Shown here: one piece after another, positions 1 through 7,477 of the stretch
How positions within the stretch are numbered: position 1 is the stretch's first letter
Layout of the letters: each line of letters starts with the position of its first letter
IMG/VR virus record: IMGVR_UViG_3300027114_000015
Span: 1 to 25,144 of that record
DNA length: 25,144 nt
Source: a virus
Taxonomy: Duplodnaviria; Caudoviricetes
Strand: one strand, 5' to 3'
Made by a program: the position numbers and the translations under genes
The notes under the pieces: model-generated
Told to the model about the DNA's origin: nothing
Seen by the model: the letters and a program-made list of their open reading frames with translations, nothing else
Database searches by the model: none

Positions 1-339
1 TAGGTCAAATGTACCCATGATTCGGATAAGTCGATTTTTGTCAGAAACTCGTACATTTTTTTCTGACATTACAGGTGCAGTGTAGAGAGGCACATCATCG
101 GGCATGGGCTTCAGACCAAGGTTGGTTTTCCATTCGCTTGCACCCCAGTGTGTTGCCGATGCTCTCATACCAGCCAGTTCTTTCCCATTGATCCAGCAGG
201 CAGGCTCTTGCTGATCTGCATTTACTCTCAGAACCGCCAGTGCAAAGCTGATTAGCCCGTCTTCTGGGAGGTTCCAGCGTCCAAAGTCGTCCATCCACCC
301 GTACTGGTCTGCTAGGTCAAAGATTTCTTCGTCAGTCAT
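1..339 (-). CDS. hypothetical phage protein (partial, runs off left edge)
   Basis: Not in the ORF track. ATG at 339 overlaps the stop of 336..548 (ATGA) and follows GGGAGGTG. Frame is open to base 1: MTDEEIFDLADQYGW...QEPACW...VPLYTAP. The EPxxW...PLYTAP pattern is common in phage accessory proteins. Confidence 0.7.
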   Translation of the reverse strand, partial: MTDEEIFDLADQYGWMDDFGRWNLPEDGLISFALAVLRVNADQQEPACWINGKELAGMRASATHWGASEWKTNLGLKPMPDDVPLYTAPVMSEKNVRVSDKNRLIRIMGTFDL

Positions 340-548
340 TTCTCACCTCCCTTGAACCAAAGCGCGGCACAGACATACTCAAGCCGCTCCGATGGACGCT
401 CGGCATTGAGCGCATCACGAAATCCCTTCTCGTAGGACTGAAGCAAGTCCTTCGCTTGGAACTCCCTCTCCTGTGCCTTGTACATGAGATGTAACCAACC
501 CACTCCACATAAAAATCCAATAATTAAACCGACGATTGTTTTGCCCAA
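336..548 (-). CDS. small protein with N-terminal membrane anchor
   Basis: TTG start after AAGGAA, hydrophobic N-terminus TIVGLIIGFLCGVGWL, tightly packed in the leftward operon. Confidence 0.65.
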   Translation of the reverse strand: MGKTIVGLIIGFLCGVGWLHLMYKAQEREFQAKDLLQSYEKGFRDALNAERPSERLEYVCAALWFKGGEK

Positions 549-739
549 TTTTTTTTCCTTAAATTGAACGGGTCATGAGCCTTCAACGTGTTAACGAACT
601 CATACATATATGTCCCGCCAATCTTTCCCGTTCTTTTCCTCATTACTGATCCAGCCTCATACATGTCCTTCAATCTCTTCCGGGCGATTGACAGCGTGAT
701 CTTGTGTTTTTTTGCGTACTGCTCAGCCGTGAATATCAA
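524..739 (-). CDS. small basic protein, possible winged-helix DNA-binding protein
   Basis: TTG start with AGGAG upstream. Pattern TAEQYAKKHKITLSIARKRLKDMYEAGSVMRK resembles wHTH helices plus wing. Confidence 0.6.
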   Translation of the reverse strand: MIFTAEQYAKKHKITLSIARKRLKDMYEAGSVMRKRTGKIGGTYMYEFVNTLKAHDPFNLRKKNWAKQSSV

Positions 740-748
740 GAAAATCTC

Positions 749-937
749 CTATGCAGCGAATAATTTTGGGATCAGCTTGTTGATGCGCTCCTGACGCTCC
801 TGACCGAGTCGGTTAAGTTCCTCCCAGTCAACGGTTGTCTGTGAGTCGATCAGCTCACTGATCACAGCTCTGGCCATCTCTGGCTGGTTTGCGTCCAAGC
901 ACTCAAGGGCTAGTTTTAGTTTTGAGATGTCAGTCAT
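749..937 (-). CDS. hypothetical protein
   Basis: ATG with GGAGAG upstream (complement of 942-947), 62 aa, fits operon packing. Confidence 0.7.
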   Translation of the reverse strand: MTDISKLKLALECLDANQPEMARAVISELIDSQTTVDWEELNRLGQERQERINKLIPKLFAA

Positions 938-947
938 TCAGCTCTCC

Positions 948-973
948 AAAAAAAAGCCGGGGCGAACCCGGCT
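948..973 (-). terminator. intrinsic terminator downstream of the SSB-like gene
   Basis: Minus strand reads AGCCGGG-TTCGC-CCCGGCT; the stem's final T begins a run of 8 T (955-948). Confidence 0.8.
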
Positions 974-979
974 GTAAGG

Positions 980-1624
980 TTAGAAGGGAATGTCGCTATC
1001 AAGGTCGTCAAACGGATCAGCCTTGGCTGAGGCCTTGGATGGGGTCTTGTTGCCCTTGATTGCGTTCCACTCGGGTGATAGCTCGATCTTGGCCTTGATG
1101 CCCTGTGAGAACGTCTCATAGAGCTCCATGTTGGGTTCCTGAAGGTCGAAGATCTGAAGCTTGTTCTTTCCCTCGGGTAAGCCGGCCTTCTTCATGGCAG
1201 CAGGCACAGGGTTCACGTTCGTGACGTTCGTGTACTCCCTGCCATTGTTGCCCTGAGCGGTAACCACCGAGACCATAGCCCACGCGCCAAGGATATTTTT
1301 GAGGTCGAACCCCCTAAGCTCATCAGCCGTAAACTCCCGACCCCTCCAGCTGACGAGATCCTTGCGTAGAGTTGCCTTCTCGGAGAGGGAGACGGTGTAG
1401 GTTTTTGAAATCGATAGTGGCTCCCCCTTAGCGGTCTGAAGCGGGTTCCCGTTTTCGTCTTCACTGTGGATCTCCCATTGAACCATCAATTTTTTGGCCA
1501 TCTTGATCGAGCCCTGAAACTCCGTTTTCTGGGTTCCAAGGTCAACGATGCGGTAACACCGAGCGAGCCACATGCCTGCTGGTACGGGGGTGAAGCTACT
1601 GCTGTTTTGTTCTGAGATGATCAT
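980..1624 (-). CDS. phage single-stranded DNA-binding-like replication/recombination protein
   Basis: N-terminal PVPAGMWLARCYRIVDLGTQ and acidic C-terminal tail DDLDSDIPF, which matches the SSB C-terminal interaction motif. Confidence 0.75.
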   Translation of the reverse strand: MIISEQNSSSFTPVPAGMWLARCYRIVDLGTQKTEFQGSIKMAKKLMVQWEIHSEDENGNPLQTAKGEPLSISKTYTVSLSEKATLRKDLVSWRGREFTADELRGFDLKNILGAWAMVSVVTAQGNNGREYTNVTNVNPVPAAMKKAGLPEGKNKLQIFDLQEPNMELYETFSQGIKAKIELSPEWNAIKGNKTPSKASAKADPFDDLDSDIPF

Positions 1625-1760
1625 TTCCTAGTCCTAGTTCGTGTTGAATTAAACGCCAATCGTCCTCTGTGGCGGTTCCTTGTTTTGCCCGCAACAGAGC
1701 CTCCTCGGTCTGCTGCTGGCGCTCGAGCATCAGTTGATGCCACTCTGCTTGGTCATACAT
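1596..1760 (-). CDS. hypothetical protein, first gene of the leftward operon (54 aa)
   Basis: Start moved to ATG 1760 because AAAGGAGG lies 8 nt upstream. Sequence begins MYDQAEWHQLMLERQQQ. Confidence 0.7.
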   Translation of the reverse strand: MYDQAEWHQLMLERQQQTEEALLRAKQGTATEDDWRLIQHELGLGNDHLRTKQQ

Positions 1761-1800
1761 AAATAACGCCTCCTTTGTACCCACACGATGTGGTGAAGAG

Positions 1801-1829
1801 ATAGTACATCCTGTAATTTAAAATTACAA
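1801..1829 (-). promoter_or_regulatory. leftward sigma70-type promoter
   Basis: Minus strand TTGTAA (1829-1824), 17 bp spacer, TACTAT (1806-1801). Confidence 0.7.
1812..1828. promoter_or_regulatory. 17-bp palindromic operator candidate
   Basis: Perfect inverted repeat TGTAATTT-A-AAATTACA overlapping the -35 and spacer of the leftward promoter. Confidence 0.65.
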
Positions 1830-1836
1830 GGGGGAC

Positions 1837-1864
1837 TTGCAAGTTAAATATTTTTGTGTAACAT
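1837..1864 (+). promoter_or_regulatory. rightward sigma70-type promoter
   Basis: TTGCAA (1837-1842), 16 bp spacer, TAACAT (1859-1864), upstream of GAGGAGG and ATG 1886. Confidence 0.55.
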
Positions 1865-1885
1865 CCACTTTTACGAGGAGGTTTT

Positions 1886-2089
1886 ATGAAGCTATCAGAC
1901 TGGTTGGATAAGCAGCCCAGAGGGACTAGGGCTCAGTTGGCACGGTCGTTGGGCATCACCCCGACGTGGATGTGTCAACTAACGGCAGGAAGAGGTAAGG
2001 CGAGCGTTGAGCTGGCCATTGAGATAGAGCGGTTGACCGACGGGCAGGTCACTCGTTCTGACATGCGCCCGGACATTTTTGGAGAGTGA
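1886..2089 (+). CDS. Cro/YdaS-like HTH transcriptional regulator
   Basis: 67 aa; RAQLARSLGITPTWMCQL helix-turn-helix and the C-terminal IERLTDGQVTRSDMRPDIF typical of the YdaS/Cro family; strong RBS. Confidence 0.85.
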   Translation: MKLSDWLDKQPRGTRAQLARSLGITPTWMCQLTAGRGKASVELAIEIERLTDGQVTRSDMRPDIFGE

Positions 2090-2091
2090 AC

Positions 2092-2445
2092 ATGGAAAAG
2101 GTACAACAGGAAACACTGCGTCGTGCGTTGATGATGTTGTCTGGATCGGGCTGTTCTTACATCGTGAAGGACCCTGACGGCCAAACTCATTCGTTTGGTT
2201 CGTTTGAGACCAAAAAGGGAAGAACCGGGTCGTACGAACACGCTGAGCGTTTAGGAACGCACGTGAACTACCACCTGAAGGACATCCAGATTGGAGAGGT
2301 TCGCCTCATTCCTCTTGGCGATTTTGATAAAGGCAGGTTGCATTCAAGGGTCACGGCCATCCTGACAAACAAGTTTGGCAAGGGGTCGTTCACGACCGTA
2401 ACCAATAAGGAAAAGGGCGCCATTGAGGCTCTGCGACTCTCATGA
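2092..2445 (+). CDS. hypothetical protein
   Basis: ATG 2092 lies 7 nt after GGAG (alternative GTG 2086). Stop overlaps the next start (ATGA). Confidence 0.7.
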   Translation: MEKVQQETLRRALMMLSGSGCSYIVKDPDGQTHSFGSFETKKGRTGSYEHAERLGTHVNYHLKDIQIGEVRLIPLGDFDKGRLHSRVTAILTNKFGKGSFTTVTNKEKGAIEALRLS

Positions 2446-2762
2446 ACTGGTACAAATTTGATCCCTTGCAGCACAGAGTAGAGACGTTCCATCTTGGCAA
2501 AGCGGATGACCTTTGTTATCGCTTTTTGATGGACCACTACTACGTAACCGAAAAGCCACTTACCGCGGATGTAAGGGCCCTTGCCAAGCATATCGACATG
2601 GACGAAGAGGTTGTTCAGGGCGTGCTCGAGGAGTTCTTCACGCTCACGGACCGCGGCTGGGAGCACGAGCGTATTCAAAAGGACATCGATGCACGCCTAC
2701 ATAGAAGGAAGATGAACCAACGTAGCGGCAAGATGGGAGGGCGACCAAAGTCCTCTGAGTAA
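2442..2762 (+). CDS. DUF1376/YdaU-family protein, short paralog
   Basis: MNWYKF...HL...DLCYRFLMDHYY..EKPL...FF...GWEHERI...GKMGGRP follows the YdaU N-terminal domain pattern. Confidence 0.8.
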   Translation: MNWYKFDPLQHRVETFHLGKADDLCYRFLMDHYYVTEKPLTADVRALAKHIDMDEEVVQGVLEEFFTLTDRGWEHERIQKDIDARLHRRKMNQRSGKMGGRPKSSE

Positions 2763-2820
2763 TGCTTTGGGCATACGCTAAGCAATGCTTAGCGCTTGCT
2801 TGTAGCATGCTCATAGCACT
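2761..2820. repeat. intergenic AGCA/TGCT repeat cluster with palindrome
   Basis: CGCTAAGCA-A-TGCTTAGCG (2776-2794). TGCTTGTAGCAT (2797-2808) is the exact reverse complement of 3465-3476. Confidence 0.65.
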
Positions 2821-2913
2821 CCTTGACGCATCAAAACACCTAAGTGTTATGTGTTGATGTTGCGTGATTACTTGTTATGGGTTATTGTTGTTTCACTTTA
2901 ACAAGGAGGGTTC

Positions 2914-3126
2914 ATGACACCAAGACTTTTGGCCGCAAAAAATGGCGAGAACAAGTATATCGGTAGTGCGTGTAAAAACTGTGGTTGCACCTCGAAGTGG
3001 ACGATCAACGCTAGTTGTGTCCAGTGCTCAAATCAACGGGCGCGGGAGAACGTCAAGAAGAGTCGAGAGGCCATCAAGGAGCTGTTGCAAGAGGCGAAAG
3101 ATAAGAGGTCTTCCAATGAAGGTTGA
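2914..3126 (+). CDS. small cysteine-rich (putative zinc-binding) protein
   Basis: AAGGAGG RBS; CKNC and CVQC pairs followed by a charged helix. Confidence 0.7.
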   Translation: MTPRLLAAKNGENKYIGSACKNCGCTSKWTINASCVQCSNQRARENVKKSREAIKELLQEAKDKRSSNEG

Positions 3127-3799
3127 CATCTGGATGCCGCTGTATGTTGCCGATTATTTGGCCGCCACATCTCGCTTGACCACAGAGCAGCACGGCGCTT
3201 ATCTGTTGATTTTGATGGATTACTGGCGCAACGGTCCTCCACCAGATGATGATCTTGTCCTCGCTCAAATCACTCGGATGACGCCTGATGCTTGGAGCAT
3301 TGCTCGAGCATCGATCAAGCATTACTTTGAGATTGAAAATGGGCTTTGGAAACATGCAAGGGTTGAGCGTGAGCTGGATGCCGCAAAAGACAAGAAAGAG
3401 CGGCAAACGGCTAGGGCAAAGGTTGCAGCCCAAAAAAGGTGGGATAAGACTGATGCTGTAAGCAATGCTACAAGCAATGCAGCAAGCAATGCACAGGGAA
3501 TGCTTGAGCAATGCCCTTCACCTTCACCTTCACCTATTAAAAAAACTGGGGATAGGCAAAACAAATTAACCCAGCTTCCTCCAGACTTTGAACCCAACGA
3601 AAATGGGATCAAGTTCGCTGAGGAGCAACGCATCGATGTGGCACATGAGCTCAGGTCCTTTAAAGACCATCACCTTGCGAAGGGCTCGACCTTCAGGGAC
3701 TGGCAAGCTGCGTGGAGAACTTGGGTTGGCCATGCCGTGAAGTTCGGTCGGGCAAAGCCTGTCGAGGTTGAGCCTTGGATGGTGAGGAGGGGCATATGA
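3116..3799 (+). CDS. DUF1376/YdaU-family replication initiator
   Basis: Start moved to ATG 3116 (MKVDIWMPLYVADYLAATSRLTTEQHGAYLLILMDYW). Low-complexity centre with DNA repeats, C-terminal DWQAAWRTW helix, directly upstream of the helicase as in lambdoid O/P layouts. Confidence 0.85.
   Translation: MKVDIWMPLYVADYLAATSRLTTEQHGAYLLILMDYWRNGPPPDDDLVLAQITRMTPDAWSIARASIKHYFEIENGLWKHARVERELDAAKDKKERQTARAKVAAQKRWDKTDAVSNATSNAASNAQGMLEQCPSPSPSPIKKTGDRQNKLTQLPPDFEPNENGIKFAEEQRIDVAHELRSFKDHHLAKGSTFRDWQAAWRTWVGHAVKFGRAKPVEVEPWMVRRGI
3453..3514 (+). repeat. iteron-like direct repeats inside the initiator gene (candidate replication origin)
   Basis: AAGCAATGC at 3460, 3472 and 3484 (12-bp period), with variants at 3453, 3496 and 3506, followed by A-rich sequence near 3535-3570. 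Confidence 0.65.
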
Positions 3800-4743
3800 T
3801 TTTCTCCGACCAAGATTTCCAGATGGAGGACTGGGTTGACCCTCAGGACGCTGGTGAGCAGGTTCGGTCTGCCTCTCAGTACATCGAGCAGATCCGTGAC
3901 GAGCTCCTTAACCCTGTCGCTGTTGCTCCACCGGTCGTTATGCCGTGGTCCAAGTCCGTAGGCAAGTTTCAGTTCCGCCCCGGTGAGGTGACCCTGTGGG
4001 CAGGTTCCAACGGTGGGGGCAAGTCCCTGATCACGGGGCAGGTTGCCCTCGGGTTGGTGCAGCAGGGGCAGACGGTCTGCATTGCCTCGTTTGAGATGAA
4101 GCCCAAGCGTTCGGTCTACCGGATGCTCAGGCAGTTCTCAGGGGTGAACCTCGACCAGATCGTTCATGGACGTGCCGAGAAGGTCGGCGCTTACCTGAGC
4201 GACTTCAAGAGCTTCGCCTCCACCAAGCTCTGGTTTTTTGACCAGCAGGGCTCTACGTCCGCGGCGATGGTCTTGGCCATGGCTCGGTATTGCGGGACGA
4301 TTCTTGGGGTGCAGCACATTTTCATCGACTCGCTCATGAAGTGCGTGGCCGGGGAAGACGACTACAACGGCCAGAAGGCTTTTGTAGACCAGATCACAGC
4401 TCTGGCTCGAGACCTCGATGTCCACATTCACCTCGTGCACCACATCCGCAAGCAGAGCTCCGAGGAAGGTCTGCCGAACAAGTTCGACATCAAGGGCACT
4501 GGGGCCATCACCGATCAGGTCGACAATGTCCTGATCATGTGGCGGAACAAGAAGAAGGAGCACGACATCCAAAATGGTAAAGCGACGGACCCTTTATCCC
4601 CAGATGCCATGCTGATGTGCGAGAAGCAGCGGAACGGCGAGTCCGAGGATTGGTTTCACCTGTTCTACCACCGGGACAGCCAGCAGTTTGTGGAGGCTCC
4701 AGACTCGGTGCCCTACACGTACAACGCTGGAGCTGAATTTTGA
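3796..4743 (+). CDS. superfamily 4 (DnaB/T7 gp4-like) replicative helicase without primase domain
   Basis: Walker A GSNGGGKS, SFEM, Walker B IFIDSL, HLVHH, IKGTGAITDQVD, KQRNG. ATG 3796 follows GAGGAGG and overlaps the upstream stop. Confidence 0.9.
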   Translation: MIFSDQDFQMEDWVDPQDAGEQVRSASQYIEQIRDELLNPVAVAPPVVMPWSKSVGKFQFRPGEVTLWAGSNGGGKSLITGQVALGLVQQGQTVCIASFEMKPKRSVYRMLRQFSGVNLDQIVHGRAEKVGAYLSDFKSFASTKLWFFDQQGSTSAAMVLAMARYCGTILGVQHIFIDSLMKCVAGEDDYNGQKAFVDQITALARDLDVHIHLVHHIRKQSSEEGLPNKFDIKGTGAITDQVDNVLIMWRNKKKEHDIQNGKATDPLSPDAMLMCEKQRNGESEDWFHLFYHRDSQQFVEAPDSVPYTYNAGAEF

Positions 4744-5012
4744 TTTTTTACTCAACGCAGAGCGTGAGGGAGAAGGAATGGAACGAGGGAGAGGGCGATG
4801 ACCAAGAGCGACACCGGTGTCTTGTCCGGTATGTTATCCGAATGCGTCTTAGTGACCGCGATAGGGCTCACAAGTGGCTCAACGGTAAAAGCGACGGTAA
4901 GGGAGGATGGGTCCGTGGTTGGAATGACATGCACCCGGGGTCCATCCTTGAGCGAGACGTCATCGAGCAGTGGAAGCGGGGTAACCGAGGCGAGGGCTGG
5001 ATTGATTCTTAA
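4740..5012 (+). CDS. hypothetical phage protein
   Basis: Fills the gap between helicase and RusA with overlapping start/stop. Contains ERHRCLVR...EQWKRGNRG. Confidence 0.65.
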   Translation: MIFYSTQSVREKEWNEGEGDDQERHRCLVRYVIRMRLSDRDRAHKWLNGKSDGKGGWVRGWNDMHPGSILERDVIEQWKRGNRGEGWIDS

Positions 5013-5421
5013 CCTGCCTTGGCCGCCAACGATGAACACCTACTGGCGGAACTGGAACGGACGCACGGTCATCTCAAAGGCTGGGCGGGAGTACCGGCAG
5101 GCGGTGATGGATCAGGTTTCGATCCAAGGTGGTGCTAAAAATTTTACCGGGAAACTCCGGGTGGTGATCAAGGCCTACAGGCCTGATCGTCGTAAAAGGG
5201 ACCTCGACAATCTGCTGAAGGCCACATTGGACGCCCTGACCCATGCCGGGGTGTGGTCTGACGACGGGTTGATTGTCGATTTGCGAATTTACTGGGCCGA
5301 TGACATGGGCGGTCGACTTGAGGTGGAGATCTATGACGGAGCTTCAAACCCTGCGAATCATGCGGGCAGTGCAGAAGGTGTTGAACAACGACCGGCGCAG
5401 GCAAACGATGATCAGAGGTAG
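5002..5421 (+). CDS. rusA: RusA-family Holliday junction resolvase
   Basis: LPWPPTMNTYWR...PDRRKRDLDNLLKATLDAL...DDGLIVD signature. Start moved to TTG 5002, after GAGGG. Confidence 0.92.
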   Translation: MILNLPWPPTMNTYWRNWNGRTVISKAGREYRQAVMDQVSIQGGAKNFTGKLRVVIKAYRPDRRKRDLDNLLKATLDALTHAGVWSDDGLIVDLRIYWADDMGGRLEVEIYDGASNPANHAGSAEGVEQRPAQANDDQR

Positions 5422-5509
5422 CCGGACAACGAAACGAATTGCAGACGAGTACCTACAACGTGACCTGCAAGATCTGAGAAAACTGATACGGGAGACAAAC
5501 GATGAGTGA
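5333..5509 (+). CDS. hypothetical protein (58 aa)
   Basis: ATG 5333 after GAGGTGGAG. Overlaps the rusA 3' end by 89 nt and runs into the next gene. Confidence 0.5.
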   Translation: MTELQTLRIMRAVQKVLNNDRRRQTMIRGSRTTKRIADEYLQRDLQDLRKLIRETNDE

Positions 5510-5828
5510 GACACCAGACGCAGCGATTGAGTACCTGTTCAAGCAGGGCAAGCGGTACGCCCAAGCCAAAGCAGACCGGATTTATCTCGAGGAATACCGC
5601 AAGAGCCTGAAGGCGATTTTGATGAAGAGGTCCATGGAGAACGCCGTCAACGCTCAAGAGCGGGAGGCTTACAGCGATCAGGAGTACATCGAGCTGCTAA
5701 ACGGATTGAAGGCCGCGGTTGAGACGGAGGAGGAGCTCCGATGGGGGCTGATTGCCGCACAGGCTCGGATAGAGGTGTGGAGGACGCAGGAGGCGTCCGC
5801 TAGGGCTGAGGTGAGGGCTACCCTATGA
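5502..5828 (+). CDS. helical phage protein, possibly UvsY-like recombination mediator
   Basis: GGAGA RBS, all-helical heptad pattern. The UvsY likeness is inferred only from size, pattern and context. Confidence 0.6.
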   Translation: MSETPDAAIEYLFKQGKRYAQAKADRIYLEEYRKSLKAILMKRSMENAVNAQEREAYSDQEYIELLNGLKAAVETEEELRWGLIAAQARIEVWRTQEASARAEVRATL

Positions 5829-6115
5829 CTTACCGAAATCAGCGGCTTCTAGAGGCTCTGAGGGGCCTTCCCTGTCAATTGTGCGGGATCGAGGATGGGA
5901 CGATTGTCGCTGCACACTCAAATCAGCAGATCCATGGCAAGGGAATGGGGGTAAAAGCTCATGACTGCTACGTGGCTAGTCTCTGCTTCAAGTGCCATGC
6001 TCAGATCGACCAAGGGACGATGTACGACAAGCAGACGAAGAAGGAAATGTGGGATCTGGCCTTCCAGAGAACCATTTTGGAACTGTGGAAGCGGGAAATG
6101 ATCAGGGTGGCGTGA
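5825..6115 (+). CDS. YbcO/DUF1364-like zinc-binding putative nuclease
   Basis: CQLC...VAAHSN...GKGMGVKAHD...LCFKCHAQID pattern. Confidence 0.8.
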   Translation: MTYRNQRLLEALRGLPCQLCGIEDGTIVAAHSNQQIHGKGMGVKAHDCYVASLCFKCHAQIDQGTMYDKQTKKEMWDLAFQRTILELWKREMIRVA

Positions 6116-6165
6116 TTTTATCTGCCTGATTTCATTAGCATTTTGCTTTTCTCCTAGTGCTGGAC

Positions 6166-6228
6166 TTGCACAAACTCAAACAAACACCTACAGTACCAAT
6201 ACGGTCACTTCCGACCGGTAACAAGGAG
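6166..6228 (+). promoter_or_regulatory. promoter-leader cassette, copy 1
   Basis: TTGCAC (6166), 17 bp, TACAGT (6189), A at 6201, hairpin CGGTC-acttcc-GACCG, AACAAGGAG. Confidence 0.8.
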
Positions 6229-6235
6229 AAACGAA

Positions 6236-6523
6236 ATGAAAGCAGACATCTTCACCGCCATCGACGAACTCGGAATGCTTCAGGCTCAGATCGCTGAGCT
6301 GACCAAGCGGGCTGAGGAAATCAAGGACGCTATCAAGGACGACGCCAGCCTCTCCGGCACCAAGTCTTTCGAAGGCACCCTGTTCAAGGCCACCTACGTT
6401 GAAACGAACCGCTCCACGGTTGACTGGAAGGGCATCGCCGCGGTCCTGAGCATCCCTGCTGAGCTGATCGCTGAGCACACCAAGACCACCGCTGTGTACA
6501 GCGTCAAGGTCACCAGCAAGTAA
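6236..6523 (+). CDS. hypothetical protein with N-terminal coiled coil
   Basis: Strong RBS AAGGAG and strongly biased codons (many C-ending). Confidence 0.85.
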   Translation: MKADIFTAIDELGMLQAQIAELTKRAEEIKDAIKDDASLSGTKSFEGTLFKATYVETNRSTVDWKGIAAVLSIPAELIAEHTKTTAVYSVKVTSK

Positions 6524-6535
6524 TCGGAGGCCATC

Positions 6536-6790
6536 ATGACATTCGACAAAGCACTCAACGATTTGCCAGATGTTTGCGGCTTCGATGCATTCAGCCACAA
6601 AACGATCGAGGACCTCTGCTGGCTTTGCTTGCACGAACTGGACCTTCATGCAGAACGGGAGTACTGGCACCCAGTCGCTGTGCGCAAGAAGTTGGTGGCC
6701 TTCTGCAAAAAATACGGCCACCACCAAGACGAAGCGCAAGCGATGTTCAACAAGGGTGCTGGCTTAAAAAAGTCGGACGCATACCTTTAA
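6536..6790 (+). CDS. hypothetical protein
   Basis: GGAGG RBS, 84 aa, followed by an intergenic hairpin. Confidence 0.8.
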   Translation: MTFDKALNDLPDVCGFDAFSHKTIEDLCWLCLHELDLHAEREYWHPVAVRKKLVAFCKKYGHHQDEAQAMFNKGAGLKKSDAYL

Positions 6791-6796
6791 TCAACC

Positions 6797-6812
6797 GGGG
6801 GCTTCGGCCCCC
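6797..6812 (+). repeat. intergenic GC hairpin, copy 1
   Basis: GGGGGC-TTCG-GCCCCC after TAATCAACC; no poly-U tail. Confidence 0.8.
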
Positions 6813-6827
6813 ATCGAGGAGCAATTC

Positions 6828-7043
6828 ATGAGCAAAACAATTGAAACCCTGCTGGATACAAGACGCTGGATCGCCAACATCGATGACGAGCGTGGTGACG
6901 GTAGCGGCATCATCGTGACCCTCAAACGAGGCTGGGATTTTGAGGACGAGAAGGGGTGTGGTGTGCGTGGTTTTGACACCCTTGCTGAAGTGAGGTCGGG
7001 CACCACTAGGGCTTGCGTTACTCAGCACAAAATTTACCTGTAA
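6828..7043 (+). CDS. hypothetical protein
   Basis: GAGGAG RBS, 71 aa, flanked by hairpins. Confidence 0.8.
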   Translation: MSKTIETLLDTRRWIANIDDERGDGSGIIVTLKRGWDFEDEKGCGVRGFDTLAEVRSGTTRACVTQHKIYL

Positions 7044-7049
7044 ATCAAC

Positions 7050-7063
7050 GGGGCCTTGGCCCC
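7050..7063 (+). repeat. intergenic GC hairpin, copy 2
   Basis: GGGGC-CTTG-GCCCC after TAAATCAAC. Confidence 0.75.
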
Positions 7064-7076
7064 TTCGGGAGAAGAC

Positions 7077-7238
7077 ATGAACAAGGGATGGGTAGTAGTG
7101 AGATTCTTGGATGACGGCTCCGAGCGGGCTCGAACGGTCGAGTGGTTTGAGGAGCAGTTTGAGGCGCAGGAGGAGTCTGAGAAGCTGAACGAGCAGGCAC
7201 CTGCTGGGGTGTGGTACGGATGGGAGAGACAGACATGA
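7077..7238 (+). CDS. small acidic hypothetical protein
   Basis: ATG 7077 after GGGAGA; stop overlaps the next ATG. Confidence 0.7.
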   Translation: MNKGWVVVRFLDDGSERARTVEWFEEQFEAQEESEKLNEQAPAGVWYGWERQT

Positions 7239-7477
7239 GCATCGCAAGCATCGTCGAGGAAACGGTCCGGGCACATAGCCTGATTGCCTACTGCGATTAC
7301 ATCGCTGAAACGATTGCCGGCAATCTGAAGGCCAACGATACTGACAGGCTTCTGGCCCATGTGGGTTGCCCCCGGTTGGATCTGGCCCCAGAGGGCTACC
7401 TTCAGAGCACGAAGAAAACCATCGAGGTTACTGACCGCAACGGAAGGCGCTACCGCATCACAGTGGAAGAGGTATGA
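7235..7477 (+). CDS. hypothetical protein
   Basis: ATG 7235 after GGGAGAG; ATGA coupling at both ends. Confidence 0.75.
   Translation: MSIASIVEETVRAHSLIAYCDYIAETIAGNLKANDTDRLLAHVGCPRLDLAPEGYLQSTKKTIEVTDRNGRRYRITVEEV

Noticed and set aside
95-298. 67-aa minus-strand ORF in the track
   Set aside because: It overlaps the better-supported frame 339 to <1, which has an RBS, a coupled start and recognisable motifs.
2942-3115. N-terminal extension of the initiator ORF
   Set aside because: It overlaps the RBS-supported 2914..3126 gene; family similarity begins at Met 3116.
4798-5001. N-terminal extension of RusA
   Set aside because: It overlaps 4740..5012; the RusA signature starts at 5002.
6188-6739. 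183-aa antisense ORF and similar long reverse ORFs (4138..4572, 11439..11975, 18834..19454, 24228..24869)
   Set aside because: These are shadows of codon-biased plus-strand genes, with no recognisable motifs.
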